In this document: positions 55,846-62,929 of the stretch, one piece after another
Numbering within the stretch: position 1 is the stretch's first letter
Layout of the letters: the number at the start of each line of letters is the position of its first letter
Source: an uncultured Bacteroides sp.
GTDB lineage: Bacteria > Bacteroidota > Bacteroidia > Bacteroidales > GCA-2748055
Length of the DNA stretch: 64,000 nt
NCBI GenBank assembly: GCA_964575865.1
Contig: CAZNSZ010000010.1
Location: forward strand, 5,276 to 69,275
Direction of reading: 5' to 3'
Made by a program: the position numbers and the translations under genes
The notes under the pieces: model-generated
What the model was told of the DNA's origin: nothing
What the model saw: only the letters and a program-made list of their open reading frames with translations
Databases searched by the model: none

Positions 55846-58476
55846 ATGATACGTCATCGGTTTTTCAGTACATTGACACAAATTCCCCGCAATATGATAC
55901 GATCATGGCCCCTGGTACTGGCTTTGGTGACGGGAATGGTCCTGTTCCAGAACGGCCGGGCACAATCCGGTTTCTCTCCCTCGGAGTATATGCAATTTCT
56001 TGAGGATCACAGGGACTATACTGCCTCCGGACTGCTTGAGGATTACCCGGCCCGGACCACCTACTACAATGAAAGGGAGGTTCCGACACAGCTGGCAGGT
56101 GTGGCTTGGTTCGATTCGATCGACCTTCGTTTTCAGCTCACCCCGGATGAGAAGCGGATGCTGGAAAAGCATCAGTTCATGGTTTCCGAACGGCTCATGA
56201 CCTACGACTGGGCCAGCGCTTTCATCTCGGTCTACAGCAGCGATCTGCCGCTGTTTATCAGTACAGACTTCGTGCTCGGTACGCTTCATCAGTCCTACGA
56301 TGAGGTCCTGATGACCCTGGAGTGGCAATTCCTTGAACCCAACCTGCAGGCCCTTCTGCAGGCGATGTATGCGCATTTTCCCGTCCTGGCGGAAAAATAC
56401 CAGGATGATCCCCGCTTCTCAGAGATCCTCGGGGATGTGGACCTTTATGTGGCGGTGGCACGCTCACTGGCCCGGGGAGAGGAATTCCTGCCGCAGTATG
56501 ATTCACCCGGGCAGTACATGGTGGTGATGGAGGCCATCAGGGCAGAGCAGATGGCAGCCCTGCCCCTGTTCACCGATTCGCGGCTGCGCAAACTGGATTT
56601 CAGTCAGTTCACCCCAAGGGGCCATTATAACAAGGATATTTATACCCCGGACGGGATCCGTACCCTGGAGAATTATTTCAGGGCCATGATGTGGCTGGGA
56701 AGGATCGACTTTCTGATGACCGCACCTCCGGATAATCCCTGGGAGACGGAATGGACCCCGGATGAACTCCGGAGGATGCAGCTGGGGGCCCTTCTGCTGA
56801 ATGAATTGCTGTATAGTTGCGGAAAAGCGGAGAACCTGGAAAAGCATGAACAGATCATCTCTTTTCTGGTGGGACCAGATGACAACCTGACCCCGCCAGA
56901 ACTGAAGCAACTTTCAGGAGAGATGCTGACCGGACCGGAGATGCTGTTCGGGGAGGATGCTTTCGGGCAGTTTTCACAGGCCCTGGACGCATCGGATGAT
57001 TTCGGACAGAAAATCATGTCCAATTTTTTCTATGTGGATCCCTTTTCTTCGGATCCGGGGAAGCTCCCGGTCTCCTACAGGCTGCTGGGGCAGAAATTTC
57101 TGATCGATTCCTATGTATTCAGCCAGGTGGTCTATGACCGGATCGTCTACCAGGGGATGAAAATACACAGGCCGCTGCCCGATCCGCTGGATGTGCTTGC
57201 AGCGCTGGGCAATGAAGATGCCCTGGCCCTCCTGGAGGGGGAGCTGGAACAATACAGGTATGCGGCCAACCTGGCCGGGCTGATGGAGCTGATCGGTTCC
57301 TATGATGCCCCCTTCTGGGGACAATCCCTTTACAACTGCTGGCTGGGGGCGATCAGGAGCCTCAATCCGGCCGTTTCGGTTTCCGGCATGCCCTATTTCA
57401 TGAGAACCACCGCGTGGCACCAGGAGAAACTGAATACCCAGCTCACCTCCTGGTCCCAGCTCAGGCACGATAACATCCTTTACGGGAAACAATCCTATAC
57501 GGGGGGCACGGCATGTTCCTATCCCTATACCTACATAGAGCCCTACCCGGATTTTTACCGGATGCTGAAGGTTTTTTCAGAAGAAGCCGCCGCTTTTTTC
57601 GAACGTGTTCTGGGCAGCGAATCCTTTGAATCGCGTGACAGGATCATCCATTTTTACCGCCGCTACGGATCCATCATGGAGAATTTCCAGGAGATTGCCC
57701 GGAAGGAGCTGGACCGGGTCCCGCTGGATGAGCAGGAAGTGGTCTTTCTGAAGACCATGATCAACGGGTACATGGCCTCCGGGCCCTCCATCAATGGCTG
57801 GTACACCGATCTCTATTTCAATGAACAGAAAGGGTTGACCTGGGATTTTACAGTGGCCGATGTGCATACCCAGCCTACCGATGAATCCGGAAACGTTGTG
57901 GGCCGGGTGCTCCATGTGGGCAACGGATTGATCAACCTGGGTGTTTTCCTGGCCGAGAATCCATGCGATCCGGGACACCTGATGGCCTTCACCGGACCTG
58001 TCTCCTCATTTCATCAGCTGGTCACTGAACAGTTCAAGCGCCTTACCGATCAGGAATGGGAATCGGTTTTTTTCGGTGGAGACGGGCCCTATCCGCAGCG
58101 GCCCGACTGGGTAGCCTCCTATCTCCTCGACGTGGAGGGCAGGGAGAGATCCGGGGGCAGGGAGCTGAAAGGCACCCTTTACCAGGGTACCGGGATCCCG
58201 GTGACCGGTCAGGGGAAGCCATATGACTATTTCCTGCTGTTCCCCAACCCGGCCGGTCCGGAAGTGCATCTCCGGTTTGTGTTGCGGGAGGAGAGCGACT
58301 GCCGGCTCTCGGTGATTGATGCTGCCGGCAGGAAGGTCCTCTCGAAGGAGTACGGGAAGCTCCCCCCGGCGGAACACGACCTGCTGATCCCCACGTCGGC
58401 TTTTGGTCCGGGGATCTATCTCATCCGGACCGTTATCGGGACAGCTGCGGAGAACAGGCAGTTGATCGTGAATTAG
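55846..58476 (+). CDS. DUF3160-family protein with T9SS C-terminal sorting domain
   Basis: The signal peptide fits better from the second Met at 55894 (MIRSWPLVLALVTGMVLFQNGRAQ). The last ~80 aa (FPNPAGPEVHLRF...GIYLIRTVIG...) form a type A T9SS sorting domain. The body is large, alpha-rich and DUF3160-like. Confidence 0.7.
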   Translation: MIRHRFFSTLTQIPRNMIRSWPLVLALVTGMVLFQNGRAQSGFSPSEYMQFLEDHRDYTASGLLEDYPARTTYYNEREVPTQLAGVAWFDSIDLRFQLTPDEKRMLEKHQFMVSERLMTYDWASAFISVYSSDLPLFISTDFVLGTLHQSYDEVLMTLEWQFLEPNLQALLQAMYAHFPVLAEKYQDDPRFSEILGDVDLYVAVARSLARGEEFLPQYDSPGQYMVVMEAIRAEQMAALPLFTDSRLRKLDFSQFTPRGHYNKDIYTPDGIRTLENYFRAMMWLGRIDFLMTAPPDNPWETEWTPDELRRMQLGALLLNELLYSCGKAENLEKHEQIISFLVGPDDNLTPPELKQLSGEMLTGPEMLFGEDAFGQFSQALDASDDFGQKIMSNFFYVDPFSSDPGKLPVSYRLLGQKFLIDSYVFSQVVYDRIVYQGMKIHRPLPDPLDVLAALGNEDALALLEGELEQYRYAANLAGLMELIGSYDAPFWGQSLYNCWLGAIRSLNPAVSVSGMPYFMRTTAWHQEKLNTQLTSWSQLRHDNILYGKQSYTGGTACSYPYTYIEPYPDFYRMLKVFSEEAAAFFERVLGSESFESRDRIIHFYRRYGSIMENFQEIARKELDRVPLDEQEVVFLKTMINGYMASGPSINGWYTDLYFNEQKGLTWDFTVADVHTQPTDESGNVVGRVLHVGNGLINLGVFLAENPCDPGHLMAFTGPVSSFHQLVTEQFKRLTDQEWESVFFGGDGPYPQRPDWVASYLLDVEGRERSGGRELKGTLYQGTGIPVTGQGKPYDYFLLFPNPAGPEVHLRFVLREESDCRLSVIDAAGRKVLSKEYGKLPPAEHDLLIPTSAFGPGIYLIRTVIGTAAENRQLIVN

Positions 58477-58480
58477 CGTG

Positions 58481-58957
58481 CTATTCGACCGGTTTAAAGA
58501 CTTCCGAAATTTCGATCTTTACGATGCGGTAGCCTTTCCACACCTCCACTGCGGCAAAGATGATACCCACGAACACGGAAAACATCCCCGCAAAGAAAAA
58601 GGCAACGATCAGCCAGTCGAAACCGGGGGTCCGCTGGTTGATGGTCACCCCGATCAGCACCGAGCTGACGATGAATAGCGCCACTGCCAGCGAGTAACCG
58701 AATACGGCATTGCGCACCAGGGAGATGCGCTGGATCAGGTGACTTATCTGCAGTTCAATGTTATTCAACCTGTTGCTGTCAATGCTGTCCATTTTCTCCT
58801 GGTGGATGAGTTTCCGTTTTTCTTCATTCAGGAGCCTGATGCGGTTGACCACCAGGCTGTATTTATTGTTCATTCCCAGCAGAAGCAGTCCACACGCAGA
58901 GATCATGACGGCGGGTGCCAGCATTCCCTGGATCAGCTGAACGATGGGAGTGAGCAT
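58481..58957 (-). CDS. DUF2721-family membrane protein (second paralogue)
   Basis: Same TM, NRxxxL amphipathic helix and 2-TM layout as the gene at 5898-6290. Confidence 0.65.
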   Translation of the reverse strand: MLTPIVQLIQGMLAPAVMISACGLLLLGMNNKYSLVVNRIRLLNEEKRKLIHQEKMDSIDSNRLNNIELQISHLIQRISLVRNAVFGYSLAVALFIVSSVLIGVTINQRTPGFDWLIVAFFFAGMFSVFVGIIFAAVEVWKGYRIVKIEISEVFKPVE

Positions 58958-59035
58958 ACAGCAATGGATGGTTCATACAAATGTTGCGAATTATTATGGA
59001 GAAATCAAAAGAAGCCGCATGGGAATCTGGTGCCA

Positions 59036-60334
59036 TTACTCCCCGTCCAGGAGGAAGAGTTCCTCCCTGAGCCGGATGATGCGGTCCTCCACGATCTCCC
59101 TGATGGAGGGGATCTGGCTTTCCTCCCGCTCCTCCGGTTGCATGCGGTCAAGCTGGTCAATGAATCGCTGATAATCCGCCAGGGCCTCCCTGGATCGGTG
59201 CAGGCTGTTGTCCATGATGGATGCCATGTAATAGAGGGGCATTGGCCTGGTGGTATCTGCTTCCCAGGACATCCGGTACCGCTCATAGGCCTGCAGGTAT
59301 TCCATCTCCAGGCGAAGGAGGTTGCCCTGCTCCTCGTAGATCCTGGCCACTGCCGCCGGATCGGGATTCATCAGTTCAAGGGCTTTGTCCAGGTGGGCCA
59401 TGGCCTCAGGTTTCCGGGTAGTGGTGGCGAGGCTGGCCCCCAGGAAAAAATGGATGTCGGCATCAAGGCTATCCAGGTCAAGGGCCAATTCGAGGGGTGG
59501 GATGGCACCGGGGAAATCCATGGTCAGGTAGCGGGAGATGCCCAGGTATTTGAATGTGAAAGCGGTCGAATCCCCCAGTCCGGCTGCTTTTTCAAATTGC
59601 CCGAGGGCCTCCCGGGGTTTTCCGCTGCGGTAAAGGGCGAATCCCTTCAGTTTCAGGAACCGGATATGTGCGGAATCGGCCTCAAGGATCCGGTCGGCCA
59701 CGGGTACCGCCCTGAGGGGCTGACCGGCCTGGATATAACCGTTTCCCAGGGCGTACGCAGCCTGCTGGTTCCGGGGATAATGCATGAAGGCTTTGCCATA
59801 CCATTCAAGCGCGGTGGTATCGTTCAGACGGGTCAGTATCTCTCCTTTCATCATGAGGCTTTTCAGGTGGGTGGAGTCCCGCGCCAGGACCCGGTCCAGC
59901 CAGCTGAGCGCCTCGGGGTGCTGTTGCCGGAACTGGGCGATTTCCGCCAGCCTGATCATGGAGGATAGATCGCCCGTATCCCCGTTTACCATCACTCTGT
60001 AGAGGGAATCGGCACTTGAAAAATCGCCTGTTTCAAGAAAAAGTCCCGCCAGCATATTCCGCATCCTGGGTTCCTCCGGGAACCTGTCCCTTCCCTCCTT
60101 CAATGTGGCTATGGCTTCCCTGGGCTTTCCCAGCTGGATCTGCGCCATCGCTTTCATTACAAACGGACGGGAGGTGGAATCCCCTCCGGTGATCTGCTGC
60201 TGAGATTGTTCGATCACTTCGGTATACCGCCCCTCATAGAAGGCATCAAGGAGGAGGTCCTGGGCAATTGATCCCGGGTAAGTGATCATCGAAAGAAGAA
60301 ATCCGGTACATATCCGGGCCAGTAGCTGTTGCAT
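59036..60334 (-). CDS. TPR-repeat protein with signal peptide
   Basis: Eight or more TPR-like 34-mers, for example GNGYIQAGQPLRAVPVADRILEADS. Confidence 0.7.
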   Translation of the reverse strand: MQQLLARICTGFLLSMITYPGSIAQDLLLDAFYEGRYTEVIEQSQQQITGGDSTSRPFVMKAMAQIQLGKPREAIATLKEGRDRFPEEPRMRNMLAGLFLETGDFSSADSLYRVMVNGDTGDLSSMIRLAEIAQFRQQHPEALSWLDRVLARDSTHLKSLMMKGEILTRLNDTTALEWYGKAFMHYPRNQQAAYALGNGYIQAGQPLRAVPVADRILEADSAHIRFLKLKGFALYRSGKPREALGQFEKAAGLGDSTAFTFKYLGISRYLTMDFPGAIPPLELALDLDSLDADIHFFLGASLATTTRKPEAMAHLDKALELMNPDPAAVARIYEEQGNLLRLEMEYLQAYERYRMSWEADTTRPMPLYYMASIMDNSLHRSREALADYQRFIDQLDRMQPEEREESQIPSIREIVEDRIIRLREELFLLDGE

Positions 60335-60347
60335 ATGGAAGGTTGAA

Positions 60348-60384
60348 TTGTCCCTCAGGGCACAATTGCTGCCCTGAGGGACAA
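60348..60384 (-). terminator. 15-bp perfect hairpin between the BlaR1-TonB gene and the TPR gene (terminator/attenuator or processing site)
   Basis: TTGTCCCTCAGGGCA / TGCCCTGAGGGACAA with a 7-nt loop CAATTGC. There is no clear U-tract afterwards on the - strand. Confidence 0.5.
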
Positions 60385-60400
60385 CCGATACAGGTACCGG

Positions 60401-61753
60401 TTACTGAAGTGCAAAGGTTACCGGGAAGGTGAAAGCCACATTGACTGCAGTTCCCCGCTGCCTGCCTGGTTCCCAGGTTGGTGAGGAGGAGACCACCCGG
60501 ATCACTTCATCCTCCAGCATCTGTATGTATTTTTCTTCAGGCATTGGTTCCCCTTTTTCCAGTGGGCGGTAAGTGACGACCACCACCTCATCCAATGGTT
60601 TGCCTTCGATTTTTGCAAACGTCTCCAAATCGGGAACAATCACTTTTCCTTCTTTATTCACCACGAACTGGATAAAGATCCTTCCGGTAATGCCATTTTC
60701 GGCAGCTTCTTTGGGATATTTCACATTCTGGGCGATATACTTCCTGAAGTTGGCAGCCGGATCACCTCCCTCGAAGGTGGGCATCTCTTCAACCACCCTG
60801 AATACCAGTTCATCTGCAAGGGTGACATCGGGAATGATCCCGGATTCGTCCCCGCTTGGCTCCACTTCCTGCTCAATGGCCTGGTTTAAACGTGTTTCTT
60901 CGGTATCGGCGCATGATGCGATGATCAATGCGATGGCGACAACCGGGAAGAGGATGGTCAGTTTCCAGCCGCTTCCCAATTTATAATTCTTGTTTAGCAT
61001 GTTGATTCGGTTTTTAATTTGACTGCTGAATGAATTGTTTACGGAAGCGCTTCCTATATATTGGTTCAATATTGACAACTGGTATCTGATGGGATCGGTC
61101 CCCTTTCGGAGCATGGCTGAATCAGCCAGGAATTCAAGGTTTTCAATGACAGCTCGTCGAAACATCCAGGCCAGGGGATTGAACCAGTTCATAAGGACAA
61201 AAAGTTCAGTGAGCAACCTGTCAGCCGAATGCCACTGGTTTCTGTGAATCACTTCATGATCGAGAATATGGCCGAAGGAGTGTTCATCAGTGAGGGCCCT
61301 GTCAATGAAAATATAGCCGAAGAAGGAACTGGCATGCAGGCGTTTTCCGGTGAGAAAAGTGATCCCGTTGACCTTCAACTTTTCAGATTGGTGTGCGACC
61401 AGGATCACATGAACCAGTTGGATACATAACCTCAGGATTCCAAGCACCAGTACCCCTGCATACAGGAATCCCAGCCACTGTGTCCACAAGAGGGACGATG
61501 TTGCCTGCATCCCTGTTCCTGATCCGGTGACGACAATTCCTTCCAGATGTATCGTTGGCAAAGCGCCCTGCAGGGTCGACCCTACCCGGAGTGAAGGGAT
61601 CAGGGGGACGACAGCCATGAAAAGAATGCTTCCGACCAGGTAAATTCTCCGGACAATGAAATTTTTGTCTTTTACGAACAGGAACTTATAGGCTGCGAAA
61701 AAAAACACCATAGCCAGATTAAGCTCCAACAGGTAATTCATAAAGCTATTCAT
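60401..61753 (-). CDS. M56 (BlaR1-like) signal-transducing metallopeptidase fused to a TonB C-terminal domain
   Basis: 4-TM N-terminus with the zinc motif HEVIHRNQWH (HExxH). The C-terminal ~90 aa have a TonB_C pattern (YPKEAAENGITGRIFIQFVVNKEGKV). It overlaps blaI-like gene by 8 nt. Confidence 0.85.
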   Translation of the reverse strand: MNSFMNYLLELNLAMVFFFAAYKFLFVKDKNFIVRRIYLVGSILFMAVVPLIPSLRVGSTLQGALPTIHLEGIVVTGSGTGMQATSSLLWTQWLGFLYAGVLVLGILRLCIQLVHVILVAHQSEKLKVNGITFLTGKRLHASSFFGYIFIDRALTDEHSFGHILDHEVIHRNQWHSADRLLTELFVLMNWFNPLAWMFRRAVIENLEFLADSAMLRKGTDPIRYQLSILNQYIGSASVNNSFSSQIKNRINMLNKNYKLGSGWKLTILFPVVAIALIIASCADTEETRLNQAIEQEVEPSGDESGIIPDVTLADELVFRVVEEMPTFEGGDPAANFRKYIAQNVKYPKEAAENGITGRIFIQFVVNKEGKVIVPDLETFAKIEGKPLDEVVVVTYRPLEKGEPMPEEKYIQMLEDEVIRVVSSSPTWEPGRQRGTAVNVAFTFPVTFALQ

Positions 61754-62126
61754 CGATCCCGGATTTGTGTTTGAGCTCTTCCATCAGTTGAATGATCTCA
61801 TCGGCCTCCTTTACATTCAGAGAACCGTTGCTGCCGAAATGGGAAAGCACCTGCTTCATGGAGTTGTTGAAATAGTCCTCCATCAGGCTGGAAAAGCGCT
61901 CGTGCCTGTAGCGGTCCCTGCTGATCAGAGGATAGTACTGGTGGGATTTACCGAAGCTCCTGTGGCCCACAAATCCTTTCTTTTCAAGGATCCGGATGAT
62001 GGTCGAAACCGTATTGTATGCGGGCTTGGGTTCCGGGAAATATTCCAGCAGGTCCCTGACGAATCCCTCCTTTTCGTTCCAGAGGATCTGCATCACCTGT
62101 TCTTCGGCTTTGGTCAGCGTGTTCAT
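61746..62126 (-). CDS. BlaI/MecI/CopY-family transcriptional repressor
   Basis: The winged-helix N-terminus is LTKAEEQVMQILW...YNTVSTIIRILEKKGFV. Confidence 0.9.
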   Translation of the reverse strand: MNTLTKAEEQVMQILWNEKEGFVRDLLEYFPEPKPAYNTVSTIIRILEKKGFVGHRSFGKSHQYYPLISRDRYRHERFSSLMEDYFNNSMKQVLSHFGSNGSLNVKEADEIIQLMEELKHKSGIDE

Positions 62127-62153
62127 ATTTAGGGAAATAATCAGAGTTCCCTA

Positions 62154-62161
62154 CAAACATA
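62154..62161 (-). promoter_or_regulatory. -7 box TATGTTTG for the blaI-like operon
   Basis: CAAACATA on the + strand, 27 nt upstream of the ATG at 62126. Confidence 0.45.
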
Positions 62162-62162
62162 A

Positions 62163-62198
62163 AACTAAATATTTAGTTATCCAACTAAATTCTTAGTT
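62163..62198. promoter_or_regulatory. two AACTAA-N4-TTAGTT dyads exactly 20 bp apart, candidate BlaI-family operators
   Basis: 62163-62178 AACTAAATATTTAGTT is a perfect 16-bp palindrome. 62183-62198 AACTAAATTCTTAGTT has symmetric outer 6+6 positions. Both lie immediately upstream of the -7 box of the blaI-like gene. Confidence 0.55.
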
Positions 62199-62341
62199 AT
62201 TTTATCTAAGGGAAGGACTTCTTTGGAAGGCATGTTCATAAAGAGCACAAAAACAGCGCATAAAGCCGTTCTGTTATTTAGAATAAATATGTATTTGAGC
62301 GATTGGAAAAAATATGAGTTATGTTGTTAACTGTTTCACAT

Positions 62342-62357
62342 CAAAATTATAATTTTG
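62342..62357. promoter_or_regulatory. 16-bp perfect palindrome CAAAATTATAATTTTG carrying a TAATTTTG -7 box on both strands
   Basis: The + strand box at 62350-62357 lies 74 nt upstream of the NuoE-like ATG. The mirror box at 62342-62349 faces the blaI-like operon. Confidence 0.4.
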
Positions 62358-62431
62358 GCGATATTACTTGTGAAACGAATAACAATAAAAATTGAATCCA
62401 CAAGGAATCAGGTTGTTTCTACTAAATACCC

Positions 62432-62908
62432 ATGCATATGGAGACTATCATTGTTAACGAACTGGTGAGGGAACTGGCCAATAAGCACGGGAGAGGCCGG
62501 GACAGCCTCCTGCCCATCCTGCAGGACCTGGTGGTTCAGAACCGCTATCTTTCCAAACAGGACATGGTGGATGTGGCACGTGAACTGGATATCTCTGCAG
62601 CCGATGTATTCGGCACCGCCACTTTTTACAGCTTCCTGGATACAGAGGTGAGGGGGAGGTTCGTCATACGGATCTGTAAAACCATTTCCTGCGCCATGAA
62701 AGGTAAGAATGACGTGCTGACCACCATTGAAGAGATCCTCAAGATCAAGGTCGGGGAGACCTCCCCGGACAGGAAATTCAGCCTCCTGGAAAGCAACTGC
62801 ATCGGATGGTGCCACAAGGCCCCTGCCATGCTGATCAATGATACGCCCTACACGGAGCTTACACCGGAGAAGGTCACGGAAATACTGAGGGAGTACATCA
62901 GGAAATAA
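62432..62908 (+). CDS. NuoE/HndA-like [2Fe-2S] thioredoxin-fold subunit of an NAD(P)H-linked flavoprotein/hydrogenase complex
   Basis: Cys motifs CKTISC (Cx4C) and CIGWC (Cx3C), with LLPILQ and TFY blocks typical of NuoE/HydC/HndA. Confidence 0.85.
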   Translation: MHMETIIVNELVRELANKHGRGRDSLLPILQDLVVQNRYLSKQDMVDVARELDISAADVFGTATFYSFLDTEVRGRFVIRICKTISCAMKGKNDVLTTIEEILKIKVGETSPDRKFSLLESNCIGWCHKAPAMLINDTPYTELTPEKVTEILREYIRK

Positions 62909-62929
62909 TGACTTCATAGCGCCATCCAA

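Noticed and set aside
58203-58214. Exact 12-mer TGACCGGTCAGG shared with the junction at 6288-6299.
   Set aside because: A single 12-nt repeat is expected many times by chance among all position pairs in 64 kb. Here it is in-frame coding sequence (P-V-T-G-Q-G) and not at a gene end.
62333-62376. TTTCACA ... TGTGAAA inverted half-sites, considered as a Rex (TTGTGAA-N6-TTCACAA) or Crp/Fnr (TGTGA-N6-TCACA) operator in front of the NuoEF-like operon.
   Set aside because: The half-sites are in the opposite order and 28 nt apart, not the canonical 4-6-nt spacing. They are kept only as a descriptive note inside the intergenic-region finding.
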